DNA of 64,000 nucleotides from a virus: IMG/VR virus record IMGVR_UViG_3300017917_001172, positions 14,531 to 78,530 of that record. The stretch is one strand, 5' to 3'. The translations under genes and the position numbers were made by a program. The notes below the pieces were generated by a model, which did no database searches, was not told the DNA's origin, and saw only the letters and a program-made list of their open reading frames with translations. Shown in pieces: positions 1-9,414 of this stretch; within the stretch, counting starts at the first letter, position 1; each line of letters opens with the position of its first letter.

Positions 1-1
1 C

Positions 2-574
2 TGTTCTCAGATGTTCTGTATTGTTATCAAAATACGCATCTGATTTTAGCTTGTTCACCATAGCCCTGTCGTTATCAAAAGTACATTCAATCATTCGCAC
101 AAAGTTAAAAGTGATGTATGCCCTGCCTCCTGGTTTTAGTATAGATAGCACCTGTTCCAACGTTGATTTGAATTTAGATACTTTGATGAAATGCAATGAA
201 TTGATTGCAATTATAGATTCGTAGCATTCTTGATTGCACCGAACAAAATTATCATCAAAGGAATCTTTAATGTCAGCCGATTCGTGTTCAGGATCGATTC
301 CAACTATGTTCTTATAAAATGCCTTCCAAACGTTGCTACCGCATCCTATATCATATATCGTAGTAGGATTCTTTTCCAACAAGAAATTGATGTAATAAAA
401 AGGATCAACTGAGAACACTTTCTTCATGAAACGTTCTCTAGGCGTGAAAGGTATTAAATTGTAGGCATCGCCGTTCTGAACAAGCTCATAGCCATCTTCG
501 GCCAATGACTTGCCAATTTCTGTCTTAGAAAATAAGTCCAAGAAATCAGCAGGTATTGGCCTCAGATTTTGCAT
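2..574 (-). CDS. Class I SAM-dependent methyltransferase (runs off the window start; not in ORF track)
   Basis: Hand translation from ATG 574 (CAGGA SD): MQNLRPIP...IYDIGCGS...VGIDP...AINSLHF...LSILKPGGRAYI; open to base 2. Confidence 0.75.
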   Translation of the reverse strand, partial: MQNLRPIPADFLDLFSKTEIGKSLAEDGYELVQNGDAYNLIPFTPRERFMKKVFSVDPFYYINFLLEKNPTTIYDIGCGSNVWKAFYKNIVGIDPEHESADIKDSFDDNFVRCNQECYESIIAINSLHFIKVSKFKSTLEQVLSILKPGGRAYITFNFVRMIECTFDNDRAMVNKLKSDAYFDNNTEHLRT

Positions 575-586
575 TTGCTGGTCCTG

Positions 587-2893
587 TTAGATCACGCAGC
601 TATCGCAGCTCTCATCTTCAACAGCAGCAACCGGCGTGTCGACCTGCACAGGCTTGACCATCTTGTCAACGTCGATCTCACCAGCACCGTCATAGGTGTT
701 AAAGTAATAGAGCTGCTTGAGACCGTACTTGTATGACATGACCAAGTGGCGCAGCATGTCACTCATCGGAATCTTGTCATCCTCGTAGAAGGTTGGGTTG
801 TATGAGGTATTGACAGAGATGCCTTGGTCGATCCACTTCTGCAAGACTGCGCATAGCTTGAGATAACCTTCTGGACTACGCTGATCCCAAAGCAGTTCGT
901 ACTTGTTCTTGAGCTTGCGATACTCTGGAACGACCTGCTTGAGAACGCCATCCTTGCTTTGCTTGACCGAGACATAAGCACGTGGTGGTTCGATGCCGTT
1001 AGTAGCGTTTGCGATCTGCGCTGATGTTTCAGCTGGCATCAATGCCATGACCGTTGCATTGCGAACGCCGGTCTCCTTGAGCTGCTTACGCAGATCAGCC
1101 CATGGCATGCGCTCGACATGTTTCACTAGCTCATCAACGTCCATCTTGCGTGTATCGCAAGGAACAACGCCCTTGGCAGTCTTGAGATCATCATTGAGCC
1201 TGCAAGCGCCCTTCTCCTTGGCAAGATCTGCGCTGGCCTTGATCAAGTAGTAACTCCAAGCTTCTGCGTATTCATCTACTAGACCTAGAGCCTTAGGATC
1301 GCTGTAGCTGACCTCGTTCTTGGCAAGGAAATATGCGAAGTTGATGATGCCAACACCTAGAGGACGGAAGTCCTGCGTAGACTCATAAGCTGCCTTGACT
1401 GGATAGTTCTGATAGCTCAGCAATGCGTCAAGACCGCGAATGGCCAATGTGCAAGGCTTTTCGAAGTCCTTGGGATCCTTGATGTTGCCCCAGTTGATGG
1501 CTGACAAGGTGCAGAGCGCGATACGACCATCTGGATCATTGAAGTCGTTCAGCGGCACGGTAGGAAGATCGATCTCAGCGCAGAGGTTGCTCTGCTTGAT
1601 CGGCCACTTGCTTTCATCAAACGGTGAGTGCGTGTTGGCATGGTCGACGTTCTGCAGATAGATGCGACCTGTGTCCTTGCGCTCTTGCATGAACGCACTA
1701 AAGAGATCGATGGCCTTGACCTTCTTCTTCCTGATGCGAGTGTTGCGTTCTGCTGTCTCATACAGTTCTCTGAACTTGTCTTGATCAGCAAAGAACGCAT
1801 CATAAAGACCGGGTACGTCATTAGGCGAGAACAGAGTGATATCACCTCCCGTCATGAGTCGCTCGTACATGAGCTTGTTGAACTGCACGCCATAGTCCAT
1901 ATGACGTACCCGGGTATCGTCGGTGCCCTTGTTGTTCTTGAGCACCAATAGGTCCTCTACTTCGAGGTGCCAGACAGGATAATAGAGAGTAGCTGCTCCT
2001 CCGCGTACCCCACCCTGGCTGCATGACTTGACTGCGGCTTGAAAAAGCTTATAAAAAGGTATGACACCAGTATGTGCGGTGTCGCCATTACGAATAGGAC
2101 TATTAATAGCGCGGATGCGTCCCGCACCAATTCCAATGCCCGCCTTCTGGCTGACATACTTGACGATTGAACTTGCTGTTGCATTTATCGAATCCAATGA
2201 ATCATCTGTTTCTATGAGAACGCAGGAGCTGAATTGCCTCTGCGGTGTGCGCACACCTGCCATGACAGGTGTTGGCAAGCTGATGTCATGCTTGCTGATT
2301 GCTTCGTAGTAATCCTTGACCCAGTTGAGCCTAGTCTCCTTGGGATAGTCATGGAACAGCGTAGCAGCGATCAACACGTATGCCATCTGTGGTGTTTCGT
2401 AGATCTGCTTGGTCACACGGTTCTGTGCGAGGTACTTGCCACGCAACTGTTCCATGGCCACGTAGGTTAGTTCCATGTCGCGCTCATGCTTGATGAACGA
2501 GTTGATCTTGTCCCATTCCTCGTCGCTGTAATAGCCGATCAGAGCAGGATCGTACAAGCCAAGGTCGATGTTGCGCTTGACTAAGTCCTTGACATGCCAA
2601 GGATGATAGTCACCATAGACTTCCTTGCGCAGATGGTAGTTGATCAACCTGCCAGCAACATGTTGGTAATTGGGATATTCCTCGGAGATGAGATCAGCAG
2701 CAGCCTTGATCAACGTTTCCTGCACGTCTGATGTCTTGATTCCGTTGTAGAACTGTATGTGGCTCTTGAGCTCAACTTCGCTGGCGCTGACGCCACTGAT
2801 TCCCTCAGTAGCCCAGAACATCACTTTATGCATTTTCTCCAAGTCTAGATCTTCTCGCCTGCCGTCTCTCTTCGTAACTTGGATTCTGCTCAT
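587..2893 (-). CDS. nrdA: Ribonucleoside-diphosphate reductase class Ia, large subunit
   Basis: ATP cone VTKRDG, TPVMAG, FSSCVL, SNLCAEI, MPAETS, LKQLYY, C-terminal CDSC. Confidence 0.97.
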   Translation of the reverse strand: MSRIQVTKRDGRREDLDLEKMHKVMFWATEGISGVSASEVELKSHIQFYNGIKTSDVQETLIKAAADLISEEYPNYQHVAGRLINYHLRKEVYGDYHPWHVKDLVKRNIDLGLYDPALIGYYSDEEWDKINSFIKHERDMELTYVAMEQLRGKYLAQNRVTKQIYETPQMAYVLIAATLFHDYPKETRLNWVKDYYEAISKHDISLPTPVMAGVRTPQRQFSSCVLIETDDSLDSINATASSIVKYVSQKAGIGIGAGRIRAINSPIRNGDTAHTGVIPFYKLFQAAVKSCSQGGVRGGAATLYYPVWHLEVEDLLVLKNNKGTDDTRVRHMDYGVQFNKLMYERLMTGGDITLFSPNDVPGLYDAFFADQDKFRELYETAERNTRIRKKKVKAIDLFSAFMQERKDTGRIYLQNVDHANTHSPFDESKWPIKQSNLCAEIDLPTVPLNDFNDPDGRIALCTLSAINWGNIKDPKDFEKPCTLAIRGLDALLSYQNYPVKAAYESTQDFRPLGVGIINFAYFLAKNEVSYSDPKALGLVDEYAEAWSYYLIKASADLAKEKGACRLNDDLKTAKGVVPCDTRKMDVDELVKHVERMPWADLRKQLKETGVRNATVMALMPAETSAQIANATNGIEPPRAYVSVKQSKDGVLKQVVPEYRKLKNKYELLWDQRSPEGYLKLCAVLQKWIDQGISVNTSYNPTFYEDDKIPMSDMLRHLVMSYKYGLKQLYYFNTYDGAGEIDVDKMVKPVQVDTPVAAVEDESCDSCVI

Positions 2894-2929
2894 GATGTGT
2901 CCTCTTTTTTCTCTTTGTTAAACGTAATA

Positions 2930-3376
2930 TTAACCTAGCTTGCTTGCTAGATCAACTTTATTATAGTGGTGGATAATCTCTGTGCCCAGGGGCAACGTGG
3001 GTGTATTTACGATCTTGCCTTCCCACCAATTAAGGATAGATAATCCATGATCCATCCGACATAAATGTATCCAACCTGACGAGTCACGCAAGGTCATCAG
3101 ATCAAATTCATGGTGAGCAGAATGCTTGCTTAGTTGCAGGCTATAGAACATGCCCAGCGCAACTGCTAGGTCACAGTAGATGTTGTCATTGACGAGTTCC
3201 CAAGGATTGGGCCACGTGTCATGTAGATCAGGAGCCAGATAATGGTTTACCCGTGGCACCATCATCCAAGTCTTTGCTACCAGATCTAGAGCCGGTGCTA
3301 TTTCTAGATTATCTAGTTCCTGTCGCCAACTACGCCATTGCAATATGCGATCAGGACAACTGATCGAATACCACAT
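2930..3376 (-). CDS. Hypothetical phage protein
   Basis: 148-aa ORF translationally coupled (TAATG) to the upstream spike gene. Confidence 0.6.
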   Translation of the reverse strand: MWYSISCPDRILQWRSWRQELDNLEIAPALDLVAKTWMMVPRVNHYLAPDLHDTWPNPWELVNDNIYCDLAVALGMFYSLQLSKHSAHHEFDLMTLRDSSGWIHLCRMDHGLSILNWWEGKIVNTPTLPLGTEIIHHYNKVDLASKLG

Positions 3377-4956
3377 TAGGGATTGATTTTTTCAACGCCG
3401 TAAGTAAATGTCACATCATCACCGGTGTTAGTAGTAGAATACTTCAATGAGGTTGTACCGCCAGTTACTTCAACATCAAATGTAAGACCTATGTCCCCGC
3501 CATCGAATTGGTAGCTGTCAGATATTGTTGCACCAGCTGAGCTTGCTGTTATCAACAGCTCACCGTGGCGAGTGTTAGATCCTCTAGTTGCTGTGTAATA
3601 AATCCTAGCAGATTTTTCTGTAGAAGCATCAAAAGTCACACCGGTGTTGCCGCTAGGAGTGTTATCAAACAAGGTAAGTCGGAGAGTCGGTTTCAGTTGC
3701 CTTTTGCCTAGATAAAGTCCACCAATGCCTGTCATAGCAGTGCTAGACTTGTTGCTCAGATTGATCCTTGGCACAGTAACGTCATCTGCATCAGACCTAA
3801 TGAACGTGTCACATATGGATGCACATCCTTCGCCTTCAATGAGGATATTGTTATCGTATGGAGTGACAGTCAACCTATTACCAACGTTATCAAAATAGTT
3901 GAAGCTAGAATAGAAATAGCTGATATCATCGTAGCAGTGTATGCCGTTGCTATAGATGCGATCAAAGTAGCTACCGCTGACATGATAAGCAGTTGGGCCA
4001 TCGACAGAAGCACCAAATCCTGTGGTGCTCTCGCCTAGCTTGAATCCTTTATACAGATCAAGGTACTTGCATGATGTAAAATTGACGCTGTGCGAATCGT
4101 CGTCACACAACACGCCAAAGGTGTTGTTAGTGAATTCGCACTGGGCGAAGGTGATATTATTAGTGTGATTAGCAGCAGTGCTGAATATGGCTAAGCATGC
4201 CAATCCGCTTCCCACAGAGGTTGGGCTTGTTATGCTGCCTTTGAATCCCACGCGATGGAAACGAGTGTTGGTCGTGCTGTTTATTATGAACACGTGGTTG
4301 GAAGTGACCTGCTCAAACGTGAGATCAGCGATATCAATGTAGTGTGGCAATGCTCCGCCGTTGTTGCCTATGTTAGCACCAACCTGCTGCAAGCTGTCAG
4401 CAGTACGTGCGACGCAGATTGGATCTGAATCGATCTGCTTGATTATGCTAGAGTTTAAGCCTTCACCTCTGAGATAAGCATAGGTTGGTATCTTGATCTC
4501 ATCGCTAACTACATAGACGCCAGCTGGAAAGAACAAGCTTCGCCTTATCTCAGCATTGACATCTCTGCAATAGATCTCGTATAGAGCTCTGTTGATAGCT
4601 GCGGTATCATCAGTGACGCCGTCACCCTTGGCACCGAAATCCTTGACTGATGCCATCTCATCCATCTTGTCCTGGATGCTTCGCGCTACAGGGCTGTTAG
4701 CATCTGGACCTGTTTGGACAGTGTATCCGCCTGCTTCTCCCTTATAAGTGTAGCTCTGTGAGAGAGAAAGTATGTCTGAATATTCAGTCAATATTTCAGT
4801 GTTACCTACCTCAGGTGCTCCTTCCGAAGTAGGACCATTACCTATGTAGAGCTTGCGCTGATCTATGACCCAACCTAGCTCAGCAGCTGATAGCTGAGGT
4901 ATGTTTTCTGACAGTCCGTAACGGTGCTGTATCCTAGATATTGATACGATTGGCAT
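3376..4956 (-). CDS. Tail spike/fibre-like protein with pectate-lyase-3 beta-helix
   Basis: N-terminal ISRIQHRYG..LSAAELGW..DQRKLYIGNG anchor; SVKDFGAKGDGVTDDTAAINRA..FFPAGVY; late promoter upstream. Confidence 0.75.
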   Translation of the reverse strand: MPIVSISRIQHRYGLSENIPQLSAAELGWVIDQRKLYIGNGPTSEGAPEVGNTEILTEYSDILSLSQSYTYKGEAGGYTVQTGPDANSPVARSIQDKMDEMASVKDFGAKGDGVTDDTAAINRALYEIYCRDVNAEIRRSLFFPAGVYVVSDEIKIPTYAYLRGEGLNSSIIKQIDSDPICVARTADSLQQVGANIGNNGGALPHYIDIADLTFEQVTSNHVFIINSTTNTRFHRVGFKGSITSPTSVGSGLACLAIFSTAANHTNNITFAQCEFTNNTFGVLCDDDSHSVNFTSCKYLDLYKGFKLGESTTGFGASVDGPTAYHVSGSYFDRIYSNGIHCYDDISYFYSSFNYFDNVGNRLTVTPYDNNILIEGEGCASICDTFIRSDADDVTVPRINLSNKSSTAMTGIGGLYLGKRQLKPTLRLTLFDNTPSGNTGVTFDASTEKSARIYYTATRGSNTRHGELLITASSAGATISDSYQFDGGDIGLTFDVEVTGGTTSLKYSTTNTGDDVTFTYGVEKINP

Positions 4957-4978
4957 TGCGATATCCTATTGCTAGGAA

Positions 4979-4985
4979 TATTTAT
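4979..4985 (-). promoter_or_regulatory. T4-type late promoter core (ATAAATA)
   Basis: Matches the core of TATAAATA, 22 nt upstream of the spike gene. Confidence 0.6.
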
Positions 4986-5665
4986 CGCTCGCGCCAATAC
5001 TGCTCTACGCGATCCCACCAGCCATCCTTAAACTGCTGGAAACGGGGGCCTTCTATGACGAAAAGCTGCCCCTGCAAATCACCCGAGCACATCATGATCA
5101 CGCCCTGATCTATGTCAGTCCCGTAGAGCTTGTCGTGCGCTTGGGCGTAAGCTGCGAGCTGTAGGAAGTAGTCATCGATCCACTCTTCCTTCTTGGGCTT
5201 GTTGGTCTGCTTGAAATCCATGATAGCAGGGCGGCCACGCCACATGCCCACGCAATCAGTGGTTCCTGCATATAGCTCAGGATAGTACAGGTTGGTTTCT
5301 ACGCCCCATACTTCTTGCACGTTAGGTTTAAGCATTTCTTCGATGATGACGCTAGCCATCTTGTGTGCCTGTTGCTGCACTAGATTTGAGCCTGGGGTGA
5401 TGTCCATGCCTACGATGTAGCGTTCTAGGAAGCTGTGCATGGCAGTTCCTCGCCCGGCAGCAGCCTTGGTGATTTCTATGGCTTTCTCTTCGCCTACGCG
5501 CTTGCGCCATTCAGCTAGAGCCTGGCGCTTTTCCTCGGGCTTGGTCTTGTCTAGGATGGTAGTGACCGATGGAACCTTGCTGCCGTCTGGGCATAGGTAT
5601 AGCCTGCCAGTAGCGCCTTCAGTCCTAGAAATGGATTTGTAATCGTAAAGCTCTTTGAACAACAT
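4982..5665 (-). CDS. PD-(D/E)XK exonuclease
   Basis: PSVTTIL, RGTAMH, AGTTDC, MDFKQ, QLAAYA motifs. Confidence 0.85.
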   Translation of the reverse strand: MLFKELYDYKSISRTEGATGRLYLCPDGSKVPSVTTILDKTKPEEKRQALAEWRKRVGEEKAIEITKAAAGRGTAMHSFLERYIVGMDITPGSNLVQQQAHKMASVIIEEMLKPNVQEVWGVETNLYYPELYAGTTDCVGMWRGRPAIMDFKQTNKPKKEEWIDDYFLQLAAYAQAHDKLYGTDIDQGVIMMCSGDLQGQLFVIEGPRFQQFKDGWWDRVEQYWRER

Positions 5666-5671
5666 CTGGCT

Positions 5672-5701
5672 ATGTTAACATGCTAGATGTGTGATTGTCA
5701 A
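5672..5701 (-). promoter_or_regulatory. Sigma70-type promoter, leaderless
   Basis: TTGACA-18-TAACAT with extended TG; ATG 6 nt downstream. Confidence 0.55.
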
Positions 5702-6045
5702 CCAACTGCTTTGTTTGCTGCCCTAGCTGCCATCTTGGTAACGTCCTGCTGCGTACCTGGCACCTGTATTGGATCTTCTGGCTCAGACGACTTTGCTATG
5801 ATAGCCTTGGCAGGGGATAGATTGCGCAATAGCTTCTTAGCAGCGTCGCTCTTGTTCAGTATGTCTTGGAGCTCGTCATATGTTGCTGGCATGCCTGCGT
5901 TCTTCATGACGTTGAGTATCTGAGCAGTCGGGACTTCCATCTTGGGTTCATCGCTCTTGCTTAGCATGTAATTAAGCAAGGCGACCAGGGTATCACCCTG
6001 GTCTGTGTCCTTGTGGAATGGTGATTCTATCTCACTCAGTCTCAT
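5698..6045 (-). CDS. Hypothetical protein, putative virion/internal head protein
   Basis: Start revised to MRLSEIES (6045), just after the upstream stop. Confidence 0.6.
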   Translation of the reverse strand: MRLSEIESPFHKDTDQGDTLVALLNYMLSKSDEPKMEVPTAQILNVMKNAGMPATYDELQDILNKSDAAKKLLRNLSPAKAIIAKSSEPEDPIQVPGTQQDVTKMAARAANKAVG

Positions 6046-6046
6046 A

Positions 6047-7039
6047 TTAGGCGCGCTTCTCGCGTCCCATTGGTAGCTCACCGCCTGTTGCTGCATCGCT
6101 AGCTGCGAATTCGTCACCAGCGAGATCATCCTCAGCGCCTGGTTCTGCACCTAGATCTGCGTCCATGTCTGCGCCAGCGTCTGGCATTGCTATTGGCGCT
6201 GCTTCTCCGCTGAGACCGCGCACTGCGCTATCCATGCTGGTCCTTGCCTGCTGTACTGATCCAAGCAATGTGTTCAATGTTGACATTGCTGCGCTGCTGA
6301 AGGCATCAGCCTTCTCACCGCCCATGTTGCCACGGATGTTGTCAGTCAGTGGAGGAAGCTGCTCGTTCAGCATCCTTGAAACATCTTCAAGCATGCCCTG
6401 GATGCTGTCAACCATGTCCTTAGCGGCCATCATGCTCTCAGCTTGATTAACTTCGTCCTCAGAAAGCATAGACTCCTTGACAGACTTCTTCTTGAGCTGA
6501 AGCACGCCCTTCTTGTCGCGAGCAACGGTTTCCTTGCCCTTGGTCTTCTTCTCGACTTCCTTCTTGAACCAAGCAGTCATGTCCTTGCTGCCCTTTGGTC
6601 CAGCTTCTTCGACGGCCTCTTCGTCAACATGCTTTGGCAAGCCCTTGTGCTTGGTTCCAGCATACTTCTCGAGCTCCTTGGTGCTCATCTTCATCATTTC
6701 TTTTGAAGCACCCTTTAGGCCCTTCTTTGGAGCATCACCGCGCTTGGCTGCAAGAGCTGCGCCAGCTGCCTGCTGCTGTGCCTTGGAAACTGCTGCTTCT
6801 GCGATGAAACTCTCTAGCACCTTGCGGGCTAGCAGCATGCCAGTGTAGGCCTTGTCATTCTGGCTCTCATGCAACCTATTGCTGCGGCGCACTGAATTAA
6901 GCTTGTTATCAATGCTGGCCATCATTTCCTTAGCTTCGCTCACAGTAAGCCTATCGAGCTGAACGCTCCATCCTAGCTTGGCCTGCATCTTGGCGTTTAA
7001 TTCGCTTGCACTCTTGAGATCTATGTCTGTTAGTTTCAT
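6047..7039 (-). CDS. Putative head scaffold/internal protein with embedded DUF3008-like module
   Basis: Acidic coiled coils; AVSKAQQQAAGAALAAKRG...GTKHKGLPKHV; ATAAATA at 7064-7070. Confidence 0.6.
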   Translation of the reverse strand: MKLTDIDLKSASELNAKMQAKLGWSVQLDRLTVSEAKEMMASIDNKLNSVRRSNRLHESQNDKAYTGMLLARKVLESFIAEAAVSKAQQQAAGAALAAKRGDAPKKGLKGASKEMMKMSTKELEKYAGTKHKGLPKHVDEEAVEEAGPKGSKDMTAWFKKEVEKKTKGKETVARDKKGVLQLKKKSVKESMLSEDEVNQAESMMAAKDMVDSIQGMLEDVSRMLNEQLPPLTDNIRGNMGGEKADAFSSAAMSTLNTLLGSVQQARTSMDSAVRGLSGEAAPIAMPDAGADMDADLGAEPGAEDDLAGDEFAASDAATGGELPMGREKRA

Positions 7040-7069
7040 CTGAGTAATCCTGTTTTATGGAAATATTTA

Positions 7070-7504
7070 TCAAAATCGCTGATATAGGACCACTTGCTGG
7101 GTGCTATCCAATATGTCTATTATCTCGGTATCTGTGCGGCTAAGCCTGTCGGATATTATCTTAGCTCGCAGATCATCGTTCTTGCGTTCAGCTGCCAGCA
7201 TGTGATGATCATATATGTGCTTGTCGATCAACAATCTGCTGAGCTTGTGTTCAGAATTAGCTAGGTAATTCTCTAAACCGTTATCCATGGCTAAGCTAGT
7301 AGCGTAGGCTATGGCCCACGATCTATAGCTAAAGGTCTCTAGCACTTTACCATACCTGCAGACAGCATAATAGCTGCCTTTCTTGATAACGTTGATGTCT
7401 TTGATCTGGAATTTGTGTTTAGTGGCATTGATGACGGGTTCGTTAGGAATCTGCTGGTAGATGAAATCCATTATCTTACCAAGCGATGTCTCGTCTAATC
7501 TCAT
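7070..7504 (-). CDS. Hypothetical protein
   Basis: ORF in a coupled operon; start revised to MRLDET. Confidence 0.6.
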   Translation of the reverse strand: MRLDETSLGKIMDFIYQQIPNEPVINATKHKFQIKDINVIKKGSYYAVCRYGKVLETFSYRSWAIAYATSLAMDNGLENYLANSEHKLSRLLIDKHIYDHHMLAAERKNDDLRAKIISDRLSRTDTEIIDILDSTQQVVLYQRF

Positions 7505-7688
7505 AGCTAGCTTGCCCACTTTTCCTCTTGCGCCTCACTACGTCCTTGCGTATCAATGACTGCAATCGTTTGTAACTCTCGTCATCTAATTTATCAGAGT
7601 TGAAATCTTCCTTTACAAGGTCTTGCAATAAAGCAAATTCCTTGTCATCAATCCAAACCGTAACGCCCTGAGCTATCGTTAGTCTCAT
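7476..7688 (-). CDS. Hypothetical protein
   Basis: ATGA overlap with the upstream gene; start MRLTIAQG. Confidence 0.6.
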   Translation of the reverse strand: MRLTIAQGVTVWIDDKEFALLQDLVKEDFNSDKLDDESYKRLQSLIRKDVVRRKRKSGQASYEIRRDIAW

Positions 7689-7981
7689 CTGTTCGTGATT
7701 ATATACCACAGCAAGCCGCCGCTGAGACCTAACAAGGCTGTGATAGCTGAAGCTGCTATAGTCACTAGGGTGCGAAGCGCAGATGTTTCTTTATTAGTCA
7801 GAGTGTTCTTGATTTCTTCGATGCCATTATCGACCTTATCAAGACGTCTGGTCATGTCACTTTCTAGCTTGTCTATACGATCTGACATGCTCTGTATATC
7901 TTCCTGCAAACCTTTATACCTCTCGGCGCAAAGATCAACGTGCGCTTCTAGGCTCTGTTTCTCTATAGAGAGACTGCTCAT
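7685..7981 (-). CDS. Coiled-coil protein with C-terminal transmembrane helix
   Basis: SLEAHVDLCAERY heptads, hydrophobic C-terminus; AAGGA SD; TAAATA at 8040-8045. Confidence 0.65.
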   Translation of the reverse strand: MSSLSIEKQSLEAHVDLCAERYKGLQEDIQSMSDRIDKLESDMTRRLDKVDNGIEEIKNTLTNKETSALRTLVTIAASAITALLGLSGGLLWYIITNR

Positions 7982-8038
7982 GACATCCTTCCTTGTTGAT
8001 TCTTTTTTGCCAAAGATGCCTGAGTGAGCCTAACTGTA

Positions 8039-8446
8039 TTATTTAACAGTATCTGGACAATATATTGTGACGTTTTTAAGAGGACCAGTAATCATGAACT
8101 GTTGCGGGAAGCTAGGAACTGTCTCTGTCAGCCCGGTCATGATGGGAATGCCCTTGATGTCTTCTAGGAACAGTTCTCCATTTGATCCTAACACATCTGT
8201 CCTGTCCACTTCAAAGGACAAGACCCAGAGCTTGCAGGGCTCAAAGTTGACGGGCCATGGTACTAGGCCTGCAGGATACGTGTCTACGCTTATCACATGC
8301 GGCTGGCAACGCAGGCCTATGACCTGCAACAAGGTATCATAGTTTCGCTGTTGGTTGCGCTTGAGATACCAATCCTCATCATTGGTCTTGTTTCTCACGC
8401 CAGTAGGGGTTATGTCTACGGTAGTGATTATGGTATAAACCTGCAT
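8039..8446 (-). CDS. Hypothetical phage protein
   Basis: TTVDITPTG..RNQQRNYDTLLQVIGLR; TGATG coupling. Confidence 0.65.
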   Translation of the reverse strand: MQVYTIITTVDITPTGVRNKTNDEDWYLKRNQQRNYDTLLQVIGLRCQPHVISVDTYPAGLVPWPVNFEPCKLWVLSFEVDRTDVLGSNGELFLEDIKGIPIMTGLTETVPSFPQQFMITGPLKNVTIYCPDTVK

Positions 8447-8883
8447 CAGTTGTACTCCCAAGCACCAGAATATGGCGGACAATCAGCGTTATGTAGAGGA
8501 TCGCAATCTCTGAACCAAACACCTAGCTTAACACAGTCATCGCTGTGATCAAACATTATAGCATCGATGGTATCATACCCTAGATGAACAGCAGCCTCCC
8601 AACGATTGCTGCCCATCTTGACTGCCCAGATCATATCATCATCGTTGATCACAGGAGGCAGCAATGTGCAACCACCATAAGGCCAAGGTGCAAATTTCTC
8701 CGTCCACCATTGCAGTGTTACCTTATAAAGCAAAATGGGATACCATAGTCCTTGCTGTTCTATGCGCGGAACGTCCCTGGTGAGATATCGACGGTCTTCG
8801 TGTAAGCACATAGGGTTGAGCTTGGCTAGCTCATATGCTTGTATGCGAGGATCGCGCCATTTTGATGATAGGTGTCTTGTCAT
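8446..8883 (-). CDS. ParB/Srx-like domain protein
   Basis: YPILL...GSNRWEAAVHLGYDTIDAI resembles the ParB-N pattern PI..G.HR..AA..LG...I. Confidence 0.45.
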   Translation of the reverse strand: MTRHLSSKWRDPRIQAYELAKLNPMCLHEDRRYLTRDVPRIEQQGLWYPILLYKVTLQWWTEKFAPWPYGGCTLLPPVINDDDMIWAVKMGSNRWEAAVHLGYDTIDAIMFDHSDDCVKLGVWFRDCDPLHNADCPPYSGAWEYN

Positions 8884-8945
8884 GATTAGAGGGTCACTAC
8901 GTTATATAGCAACCCTCTAAAACTCTAGCTAAGCTAGCCCTTCAA

Positions 8946-9368
8946 TTATGAAGTAGCAAGCTTGAAGCCAACGTCGGTAACAGTCGTACCAGAAACGTCC
9001 TTGCTGTTGGTGCCAACGGCAGTGCCGAGAGCGCGGATAGCAGCCTGTAGTGTGGTGTAGGTCCAGCTGGTGCGCTCGACCATCACAGAGATCTGCCATG
9101 GGGTGCTAGTCTCGACCTGGTAGTAAGAGATCGTGCCAGCACCGTGATTTGGAGAGGTGCCACCACCGAGGATCGTGCGGAGCACAACGTCGATGGTCTC
9201 ATCAGCCTGACCTTCTGCGTCGATGTTTAGGGTTTCGCCTGATCCGTTCTTGAGTAGGATAGCGAAGCACTTTGGCTGTGGGCCAGCGATGCTGACGAGT
9301 GAGCCAAGATCGGTGTTCTGCTCAACGCCTGAGAAGATGTCACCGGTTGAACGTGCGATAGAAGCCAT
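8946..9368 (-). CDS. Putative virion structural protein
   Basis: S/T/G-rich 140 aa; AAGGA SD; late promoter at 9412-9418 with a 5' hairpin at 9391-9406. Confidence 0.55.
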   Translation of the reverse strand: MASIARSTGDIFSGVEQNTDLGSLVSIAGPQPKCFAILLKNGSGETLNIDAEGQADETIDVVLRTILGGGTSPNHGAGTISYYQVETSTPWQISVMVERTSWTYTTLQAAIRALGTAVGTNSKDVSGTTVTDVGFKLATS

Positions 9369-9414
9369 TTTTAGTTTCCTTTATGTTTCTGCATCCATTT
9401 GGATGCTGATGTAT

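Noticed and set aside
21-412. Two plus-strand ORFs at the window start
   Set aside because: They are shadows of the minus-strand methyltransferase.
4982-5665. Possible Cas4 / CRISPR system
   Set aside because: There is no Fe-S Cys cluster, no other cas genes and no repeat-spacer array; it is an ordinary phage exonuclease.
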